33,885 nucleotides of DNA, taken from NCBI GenBank assembly GCA_032718475.1, contig JAUCBJ010005208.1, forward strand, positions 1 through 33,885, given 5' to 3'. How positions within the stretch are numbered: position 1 is the stretch's first letter; every line of letters begins with the position of its first letter. The notes beneath the pieces were generated by a model. That model searched no databases and was not told the origin of the DNA. It was given only the letters and a program-made list of their open reading frames with translations. This document shows, in pieces, positions 1 through 11,701 of this stretch. Origin of the DNA: Nemertoderma westbladi (taxonomy: Eukaryota; Animalia; Xenacoelomorpha). Both the position numbers and the translations under genes were made by a program.

Positions 1-1740
1 TAATCGGACCTTAAGTTTCCGATTAATTCTCGGTGACTTCCAAATCCTGGAAAGCCTATTCAAGGCTGCCCATGCCTTTCCCTTATGTATTCGAAGGTCC
101 TCACCTGACTTCCGGATCCATGATCCCAGGTAACAGAAGTCGTCCACATGCTCAAGCATACCATCCTTTGAGCTTATGCTCATCCGATCAGAGACTTGCT
201 GAGGACTTTCAAAGTTAACTGTCAGAATTTTGGTCTTTCTGGAGTTAATAAAAAGACCAACACTAGAAGCAGCATGTTCTAATGAGCTGAGGAGCCGTTG
301 GGCTCCCTCTAATGATTCTGAGAGTACTCCTAAGTCATCAGCAAAGTCTAGATCAGTTAGGTACTTGGCAGGATTTCCTCGACTTCTGGAGCCAGTAGGT
401 GGAGTTATCATCACCCCATCATCATTATGATGATCTAAGGACATGCGTAGAACATAGTCAACCACAATAATGAACAAGAATGGTGCAAGTGTGTCTCCTT
501 GGAGGACGCCCCATAACACTTCAAATGGTTCTGTGTCACCGTCAACAGTAGACACAAATGTTGTCGAACCATCGTATACTGATATGATTGCTGCAATAAT
601 TTCATCAGGAATCCCATATAATGAAAGTATGCTGAACATACGTGAGCGAGAGACTGAATCAAAGGCCTTGAAGAAGTCAACAAAGATAACAGCCAGATGC
701 CTGTCTTTCTTTTTTGATAATTCATCAATTATCCTTCTAAGTGCCAAAATGGGCTCCATGGTCCCACGACCTTTACGGAACCCATTCTGATTTCCACGGA
801 GCAGTCTCTCAATGGGATCCCTGATGCGATTTAATAGAATCCTATTGTATAGCTTTGCAGCAATCGAGATCAATGAGATTCCCCGAAAAGAACCATAGAG
901 TGTTAGGTTGCCCTTCTTGGGAACTGGCACCAACTTATTTGTTTTCTTTTCTTGTGGGACTCTTGTTGTTCGATACATGTCTACTATGATGGGATAGATG
1001 AGCTTTAAACACTCAGGTATTTTAAAGACCTCAGGGGGAACACCATCTACTCCACTGGCACGATTGGTCTTAATGCTCTTTGCAGCAGCCTTCACTTCTG
1101 CAAAGGAGATATCGCCAATAGGAATATCTGGGAGTACAGACTCAGACACTTAAATTACTTCTATAAAGTTATCTGGCAATACCCTGTCATTATTGAGGAG
1201 CTTTTCAAAGTGGGCTTTCCAACCATTGAGGCGATCGGCTGGTGATTCAGCCTTAACCTTGGTGGTTGGTTGGCTTTTCTGCCCAGTAAGCAGATTGATC
1301 GATTTCCATGCCTGGGATGATTGCCTGCTGTCGTCAGCATCATTGATGGCATCAACCTGTTGGTTTATTATCTCCTGTAGATTAACAGAGTACTGCCTGT
1401 TCAGGGACCTAGATGCAGTCTTAACTGCATTCTTGGCCGCTAAAGTCTGTTTGAGTCGGGACTCTTTCTGCGCCTTATGAAGGTCGTTTCGGCACTTTTG
1501 AATTTTGTTGTCAGTCCAGGGGGCCCTTTTCCTGTTTCGCGGGTATACAGGAACTGTTTCTGCAGCTGCTAACTTAACTGCTTCTGTAAAGGCAGTAAGT
1601 ATAGCCCTCACAGTGATCTGCCGCCTCAGAAGCAAGAGCCTCATACCTGTTACTCAGCTGTAGTGTGAAGCTGGATCTCACACTTGGCTGTTGCAACAGA
1701 GAAGACCAGTCATGCCGCGGCAAGGCAGATTTCGTTGTTC
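1..1740 (-). mobile_element. 5'-truncated non-LTR retrotransposon (RTE-like LINE) ORF2 with reverse transcriptase; runs off the window edge
   Basis: My minus-strand translation of 1149->1 gives ASGVDGVPPE, VPVPKKG, FRGISLIS, QNGFRKGRGT, VIFVDFFKAFDSV, GVLQGDTLAPFLF, LDFADDLG and FCYLGS. There is an in-frame TAA at 1150-1152 and a frameshift near 1600. An RTE-type linker (HDWSSL..F..QLSNRYEAL) lies at about 1640-1720. No endonuclease domain is seen. Confidence 0.92.
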
Positions 1741-2095
1741 TGCTAGCACATTATTAGCACAGTATTGATTAGGGCTTTCATTACCACCACACCGCCAAGT
1801 GGAGATTCAATTGCGGCTGTTATTTTCTGATAATCGCTGTAAATTATTATAACCTAGGCGGTCCGGTTTAAATAACGGCTATAGCGTACAAACCTATGGT
1901 GTGATATAGACATGGTGTCCTGTGTGCTCTGCAGACATCCTACAGAGCACATTGAGCTTTACACATACAGGGAGAGCGAGAGAGAGAGAGATGGCTGCTT
2001 GATTGACACACGGCTCAGTGGGAATCTAGACTTTGAAGTGCAGTGCCTTTGGTAGAACTCAATAGCAGGATTTATAAGCCTGGTTCATTTCAATA

Positions 2096-2149
2096 TTTGA
2101 TCAAACTCTGATCAATGTTTGATCAATGTTTGATCAATGTTTGATCAAA
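2096..2149. repeat. 11-bp tandem repeat (TTTGATCAATG) x~5 with palindromic TGATCA core
   Basis: Directly visible; a short (GA)n run also lies at 1972-1991. Confidence 0.9.
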
Positions 2150-2342
2150 GGAATGCTTTTTGAGAGCGGGACTGTATAAGCAAACATATTAATAAAGATA
2201 ATAGTTTACAATGCTCAATATCGTAGTTTTCGTTTAATAGGAAAATATTATTTGCATAATTTATTTTCTTAACGTTATTGTTATAGATTATATTGAAATA
2301 AAATAAAATATAGCAAATCAACATCAACCCGCTCTCATCTCG

Positions 2343-3266
2343 TTGGTGAACATCCCGTACAACATCAACCCGATACCGGTCCACCACAACCTGCTGCCGG
2401 GCAACCAACCAGAACCCGCTCTCAGACAACTGCAACCCGCTGTGGGACAACCGCAAGACGAACTCAAACCAGTTGCTCTGGGAACCGTGATGGCGCCAGG
2501 ATTTAAGTTCTGTAACAGAAATCCGTCTTATATTGTTGTCTCCTCAACATCAAGAAAGTGGCTAAGTGTCGATGCAAGTGTTCAGCGGTGGTAAGTTTAC
2601 AGCTAAAGCTGACGCCCATAACTCACTGCTGATGTTCGGTGACATTGCCTCGGACATCGTCTTCTATATAATCTCGCCAACTGCCAACTGCAGTTCCAAA
2701 CTTTTGCGGGATTTGGACATGTGGGGGTCCATCGGCAACATTGTTGCGATCCGAGAGCCGTTTTTTAACGGCAGTGTATGCAGGCCAACAATTTCAACCC
2801 CTTTATATAGACGACTTTGAAAGTGGATACCGATAGACACCTCCCCCCCGGATGACGACAGTATTCGCGGGTTCTCTTATCCTTCTGTCGGACTGAATTT
2901 TTTTCACTCCGACGGTTTCACCAAACGTTTGTGGGGGTGGGCGGCCGCTACGACAAGAGTAACCCCGCGGATACCCCACGTGCGGTTGCCTAAAGAAGAA
3001 ATGCGGTCACGGATGGGCCCTGGATGGATATGTGGGTGGTCCCAGACATACCGGAGTTCCCGGAACCCACTACTCGGTTAGTCAGCCATCAGCTGACGAA
3101 GTTGTTCGTAGCGAAGGACGCAATAACTCTGCCTTGCGCTGGTCGCATTGTCGTGAGCCATCGCATCGATGAGAGTCCCATTCCCAACGGAGTTAACGAC
3201 GCTATTCATGCGGCAATGCTGCCTACATCTGGAGGAGGTACTGACACTCCTCTATTTATGGAGTAA
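2343..3266 (+). pseudogene. Frameshifted paralog of the unknown 313-aa ORF at 13285-14226
   Basis: Collinear matches across frames: ELKPVALGTVMAPGFKF/ALKIVSLMEIMSPGFKL; FGDIASDIVFYI/IGDINSTMTCYI; IGNIVAIREPFFN/VGARVSISAPYFN; GFSYPSV/MFSYKGV; CGCLKKK..W/CACYYKT..W; VPDIPEFPEPTTRLVSHQLTKLFV/NPDIPGFPEAEDRLISFHLSKLFI. Confidence 0.85.
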
Positions 3267-3454
3267 TTGGTCAATCAACTCCCAATTTATTTAATTATAT
3301 TATAATCACAATCAATAATTATCAATCCGTTATATCAAATTAAATGGGATCATTAATAAATTACCAATTACATATTAAGTTGATACATTTATGAGGTGAA
3401 GCAATGTTAGCCGAGATGGTTTAACAACACATCTCAGGGGAGATGCTAAAACAG

Positions 3455-3645
3455 GGAATTTTTCGCCGGAGGGTAAAAATTGTTGTGCCAGCACAAAATT
3501 TTGAAAATAAGCAAATTGATAAATAGATAGTTTAATCTTGTTTCTTGCGTTGTACGGGTTTATGATGGTCCTGAATGCGATGGAATCAATAAAAACCGTA
3601 CTGGACATCTCCAACTTGTACTTTTTGGTGATGGGTACGAAATCG
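3455..3645 (-). repeat. Inverted copy of one internal ~163-bp unit of the piggyBac-type element family (cf. 12258-12450)
   Basis: Reverse complement matches 12258-12450 (TTTCGTACCCATCACCAAAAAGTACAAGTT...AACGCAAGAAACAAG). The spurious ORFs 3375..3614 and 12208..12456 align. Confidence 0.85.
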
Positions 3646-3929
3646 GCCCACCCACTATATTTTTGTAATCGTCCAATGAAATCCTACAAAATTTGGGCTG
3701 TTGGTGAAACAACTATAGATGAACACTACCAAACCTTAAAAAGTTAAAATTTCATAAGCAGGGAATCATAATTTTGATGAAAAATAAAAGTAGTCCCAGG
3801 ACAAAATGACAACATTTTTCGTTTTCTAAAAACTAATAGTGTTGCAGTGTTGGCTAGATTTTGTAGTTTTTTCAAGACGCTGAATCGAATGTGATTATAT
3901 TCCATTTCCAAAAATTGAAGTGGATGCTA

Positions 3930-4660
3930 TTTTTCGTGCACCTAAGAAGTGGGCGTGGCACTTCGCAAATTTTGAAAAATTAGATATCCAGAAAATGCCC
4001 CTATTTTTTTATTTCAATGCATCTTTATAGGTTTTCTGGGCCGCTGAATCGATTGAAAGTAATATAGAAGCCTGAAGACGTAGTGGTGCACCACGTAGAC
4101 GTAGTGGTTTTTGGTGCACCCAAATTAGGGAGTGGCACTTCGAATTTTGAAAAATACGAGATTCGGAAAATAAACCAAAATTGAAATTTTAACGCATTTA
4201 TATAGGTTTTCTAGACCGCTGAATCCTGAAGAATTAGAGGTTAGCCATTTTTGATGTACCAAAATTAGGGCGTGGCACTTCAAATTTTGAAAAATGAAAT
4301 GAAAAACTTTGGTGCACCAAAAATGGCGAACCACTAATTCTTCAGGCTTCTATATTACTTTCAATCGATTCAGCGCTCCAGAAAACCAATAAAAATGCTT
4401 CGGATAAAATAATATAAAGTAATAATCCGAATAAAGTAATTTTGAAATTTTAAAGTGCCACGCCCTAATTTTGGTGCTCCAAAAATGACGTACCACTACA
4501 CTTACATACTTGTAAAGAGCATTAGAGTGATCCAAACCAATAAAAATAAATAAAAATAGCCCAAACATAAATAATTACTAAATCACGAATGACTTTGTAA
4601 AATTCGAAAATTTCAAAAAATTTGGTGCTGGAGACCAAATTTTAAGGTGGCACCCACATC
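3930..4660. repeat. Degenerate repeat block with an internal inversion (fold-back), likely a non-autonomous DNA-transposon remnant
   Basis: Recurring GGGCGTGGCACTT and GGTGCACC motifs. 4030-4078 is the reverse complement of 4339-4387, and about 4105-4150 is inverted at about 4441-4498. Confidence 0.75.
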
Positions 4661-4971
4661 GAAAAGTTGAAATCCAATTGCAACGTCGTTTTTTGCATAA
4701 TATGCGGCATTAAATTTGGCTAATTCTCAATAAAAAATGGGCCGGCGCGTAATGTGGTTGCATAGTTACAGCGGGAGACGAGATGGGATCCATATAGAGG
4801 GAAATGAGAAGGATTTTTGCATTTTTCTGAAAACCACATTTTTTGGTGAGTGTTGTTCTGGCTCTTTGGTCACGATTTATGTTACTTGGTTACAAATACA
4901 GTACAATATGAAAAATATGGGGGTGGTGGGCGCAATTCATCCTCATTAATTAAAATTTTTCTAATTCTTCA

Positions 4972-5710
4972 TAATATTTTTATAAAAATACTACCCTTAA
5001 ATAAAATCATTACTACTTATGATACATCAATTGTTGATTAACACAGAACCACCATTATTCCTCTAATCCAAATATATTGTAGTATAATACAGTATAATTG
5101 TAAGGCTTTATACCTACAATATACTGCTCCATACAAATAGCCTAAGAGAGCGGCATTACCGGTAGCAATTTCCGCGGACATAAAAAGATAAAATCACCGG
5201 ACATAATGAATTAATTCAAAGAATCAAAATTCATCCCTCTCCAGTGGAATGGAAAATAGACGCAAATAACATCTGAATAATAACTGTATCGATCAAATAC
5301 TGTATATTGACTTTAGTTTATTGTTTTTAGGCTAGAATGTACCACTGTAACCTGCACCAATCCCTAAATTGTTAGTTTTAACAGAGACGAGATATTAATG
5401 CGTTGAGTTGGGATTTGAATCAGGTCTCAACCTCTCAATCTTCAAATTCTTCTTCATCGGGATTTATCTTATTCATCTTCAAAATATTTTTATAAAAATA
5501 CTACCCTTAAATCAAATCATTACTACTTATGATACATTAATCAATTGCTGATAACTCAGAACCACCATTCCTCTAATCCAAATCTAATGTAGTATAATAC
5601 AGTATAATTCTAAGGCTTTATACCTACAATATACTGCTCCACAGCATTACCGGTAGCAATTTCCGCGGACATAAAAAGTCAAAATCCGCGGACATTATGA
5701 GTAAATTCAA
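4972..5710. repeat. Two direct copies of a ~240-bp sequence (4972-5220 and 5482-5710)
   Basis: Shared AATATTTTTATAAAAATACTACCCTTAAAT...GCATTACCGGTAGCAATTTCCGCGGACATAAAAAG. Confidence 0.9.
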
Positions 5711-7512
5711 CGGACAAAAAAAATTATTGTGGATCTAAAGCACTGTATACCTAGTGGACCAGCGAATCCTTTGACAATCAGTGAATAACTACTACCCACG
5801 GCCGCTCCACACCCCACCCCCATCTCTCTCTCACAAACTCAGCTGTCCTACCAAAGGTGTTCTATACTATCTCCCTATAGAACCTGTTGTATTACATCTA
5901 ACCAATATTAGTTAACTTCTCTACCTTCATGAAGAGCCTATGAATTTCGATGGTTACACCAAATAATTCCACTCTGCTACTAATGACTCACCAGCAGATA
6001 GCTTTTACAGCGGCCTTCATTGATTGGCTAAATTCTTGGCTAAATTTGGTTACATGTTATGCCTGCACGCACTGCCTATAAGCAAACCAACAACAATATT
6101 ATGTACATTATTACTGTTCTGGGTTTGGGTATTGCGTTATTTTATATATAGATAGCTAATGGTCTGAATGTAGATCAATCGCACTTTTCTTCATATTTGT
6201 TTTTAGGCCTAAGGCAGCAAGGCAGGTAGCAAATGTAGCATACTGTAACCGTATATTTATATTAATTAATTGCTTTGATTTTAGATGTAAGCGTTGCTTC
6301 TATGCTATATCAGTTCAGTACATGATAGGCCATACTTAGGCTGTTAGGCAACCAGTATTGGTTCTGTGGTTTGGAAGCAGTGGAATTGTGCACTGGAAGG
6401 CACCCAACCACCCAGGTAGTAGTGGTATGGTGGTACTTTAAATTAATCTAATAAATCAACAACTAATGCCCGGTTTCCTTGATTTAACATAGCTACAGTA
6501 CTATAGCTATAGTACCTACTATATACTAATACAAATATATATTATAGCTAAATTGCAAGTAACTCTAGCTGTAGTAATACTACAGCAGCAATAGTACTAT
6601 ACTAATTAATACTACAATAGTACTGTAATACTAGCAGTTGGCCGCGGCTCACAGCTACCTCCTACTGTATTTCAGATACTCTCATCCCCGTTTCACAACA
6701 CTACTACGGCTAAATGTGGAATGCCACAGTACTGGTTCTGCTGCTGCAAAACCTACAAAATCTATATATATAATTATATCAATTTATCAAGAGATTGAAT
6801 AATATTTTTATAATCTGAGGCGAATCGGAGCAGCACTTAAGGCTGCTTAGCGATAGTCCAGGCATTATTAAAAAAAAAATGGAAAGAAAAACCAATACGA
6901 AAAAAAGGCAATTAAAAACTGGTATTGAAGAAAAAGATTTGGTAGTAAAAAACAGTAAAAAAAGGCAAGTAAATCATGGTAATTAAAAAGGAAAGTCAAA
7001 ACTTTTATAGGTAATAAAGAAAAAATGAATAGTAAAAACCAGGTAAAAAAAGGCATTTGAAAACTGGTGATAAAATAAGAATGTAAACACGATACCTCCT
7101 TGGTTTGGCCGCTGGTTCCTTTGCTACTTTGACCTTTCTATCTAAAGCATGTACCGGTACTTCACACATTCATTTAAGTCTCTTTGGGTTGTGAACCAGG
7201 TAGTTACTGGTATGATTCACAACTCGTATCTTGTAGTTCAATTTTAATTTTAATAGCGCTCATAGTACTTTCAAACCTCACATACTGTACTGATGTTACT
7301 CTTATTCCACTGTGCCACTTTTTTAGTGTCATTCTTACACGTAGGCCTTCATTCACTTAATTACTTAAATTTACTGTGCAAATATTCAATTATAATTAAT
7401 AATGAAATATATGTGTGAGTAAGCCTACCTACTGCTAAAAGATACCCACTTGCTCCACCAAAGCCTTGTTAAATAAATGTGCAAGTAAGCCTACCTACCG
7501 CTAAAAGATCTA

Positions 7513-7782
7513 GGAGATGGCACTGGATCTGGTAATATAAGTGCAGCGGGTGCCATGATTGGAGATGGCACTGGGTCTGGTGATATAAGTACCGCCCGCG
7601 GGTGCCATGATTGGAGATGGCACTGGGTCTTGTGAAATAAGTGCACCAGGTACCATGATTGGAGATGGCACTGGGTCTTGTGATATAAGTGCATCGGGTG
7701 CCACGATTGGAGATGGCACTGGGTCTGGTGATATAAGTGCAGTGGGTGCAATGATTGGAGAAGGCAGGTGTGGTGATATAAG
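7513..7782. repeat. 48-bp minisatellite x~5.5
   Basis: Unit GGAGATGGCACTGGGTCTGGTGATATAAGTGCA.CGGGTGCCATGATT starts at 7513, 7561, 7613, 7661, 7709 and 7757; one unit has a 4-bp insertion. Confidence 0.95.
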
Positions 7783-8048
7783 TGGTGTGGTGATAAAATT
7801 TTATTTTGCAGTACTTTTGTTTTCTTTTATAATGATGTATAAAAAAAGAAAGATTTAATGGTGGTACAGAATTTGGTTGCAATGTATGAGAATTAATTAT
7901 CGCTCGCGGCTGTTGTAGTGTTTACACTACGTAAAAAAATATAAATTTAGTATTTAATTTACCCTTTAAATTTTTAAAAACGAACCAAATTTTTCGCTGG
8001 TCCATCACCCTTAATTGTAGTATGTAGCGTAGATTAAGTTGATAAATA

Positions 8049-8161
8049 TCTAGTTTATTTAAATTAATACTTTAAATGTTAAAAAAACGCAAAATTTGGA
8101 GTTTAAAGAATGGAAACATTCCAGATCTTATCTAAAAGGGATAATGGATGGAAAAGATTAT
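8049..8161 (+). repeat. ~110-bp direct repeat, copy 1 (copy 2 at 11266-11412)
   Basis: TCTAGTTTATTTAAATTAATAC...GCAAAATTTGGAGTTTAAAGAATGGAAACATTCCAGATCTTATCTAAAAGGGATAATGGATGGAA is near-identical in both copies. Confidence 0.92.
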
Positions 8162-8814
8162 TGAAAATATCAATGTTTTTGTTATATTTCAAATTCTATC
8201 CGAAATATAGCCGATAATATCTGCACAAACTTAGTAACTGATATGTAGAGTTTGTGTATTGTATAGCCTCAAACTTCTCCGCCCTCAGATCGTGGCATAC
8301 TGTTAATGACGGTAGTTTGTATAATTCTCCTGTCGGCGTTTCTTTTTGGGCTCGTTATTCATACGTTTTTGATTGTCCAACTGATGAATTTTTATCTGAA
8401 AATTAAAAAGTCATTAATTTACATAAGTAATAAATTTTTATTGTGTTATTTTTACAACAATTATTAATAATTTAGACAATAATTTAATTCTGTTACGATT
8501 TAGAGCGGGTCGTTCTATTAACTATAGACAATGAGAGAAACCCATCACCACTTGCAATTACAGTTTAAATAATAAAAAGTGATACAAATATTGAAGGGAA
8601 ATTCAAAACGTATTTACATGTGATTAATAATTGTTATTGCCTAGCCTAACTGGCCTACATACTTGCTACTTCAGTACTTGCTGCTGTACTACTGTTCTAA
8701 TCCGCCATGGAGGGGAGACCAGCACTGTCCTCTAGCCCCAGGCCACTGCGCCACCAATTATTCTATTGTTAGAGTAATGTATATTTTATATAAAGACTTG
8801 CGACTATTAGTATA

Positions 8815-11165
8815 TTAGTTTACTTTAGTATGCAGACACAATTCACCATTTGAAAACTTTGGTTGCTCACTCTGTCTATTAAATGTAAAACGGAGGATCT
8901 GGTTAAGGAACAGAATCAAACACAATGACAACGACAATGATCTTGTTATAGAATTAATAATACTAGGTGAATCGGTATCCCTCCAACAATTATCCTCTGA
9001 AGGATTCCCACTAGTTACCTGATCATGGCTAGTGATAGAAACTGTTTCAACTTCGTTTCGGTGCTGTGAAAGATATTTTTGTAATACTTCCTGTTCACCA
9101 GCCCGAGTTCCTACAACCTTTAAGACATCATCTGGGACATCATCCCAGCTATCAAGGAAGTTACAGCGTCTCTTTAATATTCCTATCATTTGATCAATCA
9201 AATTAGTCGTTTCGGTGCTATGAAAGATATTTTTGTAATACTTCCTGTTCACCAGCCCGAGTTCCTACAACCTTTAAGACATCATCTGGGACATCATCCC
9301 AGCTATCAAGGAAGTTACAGCATCTCTTTAATATTCCTATCATTTGATCAATCAAATTAGGAGATGGGTTTGATGTGCGCAAGATTGTTATAACTAGTTG
9401 CAATTCTTCATCATTTGCACTACGAACAAAATGTCTGCAAACCAGAACAGTAAAGGTTGTAATAAAATGAGTACTAAGCCAAACTACTCGACCCTGAACA
9501 GGCTCTAGTTGGCAATGATCTCCACATCCTATGAATAATTTTCCACCAAATGGCCTTTGTGTGTTACATATTCTATGCAGTATGAGATCAATGGCTGCTA
9601 GTTGTTCACAAGAAAGCATGCCACACTCCTCAAAGAAAATGATATTCAATCATTTAAGTAAAGCAAGTTTAGATGGACTTTTTGCTAAACTTAAGAGACA
9701 TTCTTGAGCTAATCCTGTAGATGTTATTTTACCATGATGAACACCAAATGGCATAAGTAAATGAAGATGTTCACCCCCTAATACTCTGGCTCTCTCACTT
9801 GTAATTGCTGTGAGCATAACATTCAGACCAAATGCAAGGCTGTAAGCCATAGCTTCCAACATTACTGTTGTCTTTCCTACACCTGGTGCTCCTACTAACC
9901 ATGGAGAATGGACAAAGTTGTTGATGGATGCTGATATTCATCAATAGCATTTACTAATATCTGCAACATATCTCATTGCTCAGCAATGGAATCCTGTGAT
10001 TGTCCTTGAACTGATTTCAAAAGAGATTTCCAATTAAGAGGGCATTCTCGGGTAGCAGTTATTAATTGTTGATCCTGTGGTAAAACACCCTGCTCATCAG
10101 GTAATACTAAACCATCTTTCTCATATAGTGAATCAACTAAATTTCTGCGTCTCATACTCTCAATATTAGCTACTTGTTCAGTACACTGGTCCCGAATACT
10201 ATCCTCATAAAAGAGAGGTATTGCCTCATAGAACAAACCATCTCCAGCAAAGAATTGTCTAACACCAGTAATAGCTAGATGGAGGAAACGCTGGAGTTGA
10301 ATATTTCCAATGGATTGAAAAGTGAGCTCTTTCACAACATATGATTGAAGTAAACCTCCTCAGCTGGCACATTATTCTCATTTGATATAAGACTTGCTCT
10401 GAGGAATGAAGTCCGAATATCTTGGACAGATAGAAGATCTAACTCTGTCTCAAAGCTGCCAAATACGTATACCAAATGAAATAAGAAACGGCTCATTTGT
10501 AAAGGACTTATACAAGAAAATACAACAATTGCAGGTATTTTATGATGTTCAAGAGAGCTTACAAATCTCTTATATAATTGTCCTGCAGCAATGGGAAGAA
10601 ATACCTCATCTAACAACTGCTTAGCAATAATATTCCCATTCGCAGCTTTACATGTAAGAAATTCCACAGCTATTGGAATGCCAGTAGGCCTTAGTTTCCA
10701 ACGACGTTTATTGCCATCAATCCATCGGCATTTCTTAAGTTCTAAGTGACAATGATATTTCTGTACTTTCCCTATAATACCAAAGCATTCAAAGAAAACC
10801 TCTACTTTATCAAAAACTCGGAGTTTAGGAGCTCTGATACTAAAGGATGTTATGGAGTCGGCAATATACACACTATTCCCCATCTCGTGAACTGTAAGAA
10901 CCTGATTGTCAGTAAATTGGGCCATTCAGGTAGTCCAACTATTGCATCGCGTGCTTGGACAGATTCCAATATACCTACATCTCCCTGTGTATATTTGACA
11001 ATGCCATGTCTATATTCAGGAGTCAGGTTCGATACATGAACAAATTCAACATTGGTTCGGATATATGGAAACCCTAGAAGATTATGTACAACCTCTGGAT
11101 ATCCCATTTCCCTTGACTTAATTGCAGTCTTTGTTTCTTTTTTTTTCCTTCTCTTTTAGAATCTT
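8815..11165 (-). pseudogene. Disrupted Helitron-like Rep-helicase, C-terminal half (post-Rep motif, long linker, PIF1-family helicase)
   Basis: SREMGYPEVVHNLLGFP resembles the Helitron R..s..EA...LlG.p motif. Walker A GAPGVGKT lies at about 9869-9892, followed by AITSERA..LGGEHLH, Walker B IFFEECGMLS, motif III PFGGKLFIGCGDHCQLEPV, FVRSANDEELQ and FSNGEL. Several frameshifts and stops; motifs V/VI are missing. Confidence 0.85.
9053..9360. repeat. 154-bp tandem duplication inside the helicase (frameshifting)
   Basis: 9053-9206 and 9207-9360 are nearly identical; the peptide NLIDQMIGILKR..FLDSWDDVPDD appears in two ORFs. Confidence 0.95.
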
Positions 11166-11265
11166 ATTATGAAGACGGGACTCGAATAACCTGCGGTCTT
11201 TGCGGGATTACACGGAATAGACTTATCGGTCATCGGAGATCTTCAAATTGTATAAGTCTAGTAGT

Positions 11266-11412
11266 TCTAGTTTATTTAAATTAATACTATTAATTATAAT
11301 ATTAATTAATAAAATTAATACTTTAAATGTTAAAAAAACGCAAAATTTGGAGTTTAAAGAATGGAAACATTCCAGATCTTATCTAAAAGGGATAATGGAT
11401 GGAATAGATTAT
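11266..11412 (+). repeat. ~110-bp direct repeat, copy 2 (with ~34-bp AT insertion)
   Basis: Matches 8049-8161. Confidence 0.92.
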
Positions 11413-11701
11413 CGTTCTAGAGTAAGTTTAATAATATATACAATGTACAATTAGCCATTGTCAGCTGCCATCCAACGTGGAATGGCTAGGAGGGACGGGT
11501 ACAACAGCGTCGCGGATGCATCTACCTACATGCCTCTGTAACCTGCTCCTTTACTAACCTGCATAATCTTGTAGTAACAAATGTTAACTACAGTTTATTG
11601 TTTTGGTTCTATCTACATGCCTCTGTAACCTGCTCCTTTACTAACCTGCATTTTTTACTAACCTAACATTTTGTATACATTATTTGTTCTATTATACTTA
11701 A

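Noticed and set aside
33-1480. Short ORFs on the plus strand and in alternative frames
   Set aside because: Shadows of the minus-strand reverse transcriptase frame.
6868-7080. Phe-rich 'membrane protein' ORF (similarly 14381-14611)
   Set aside because: Translation of A-rich low-complexity repeats.
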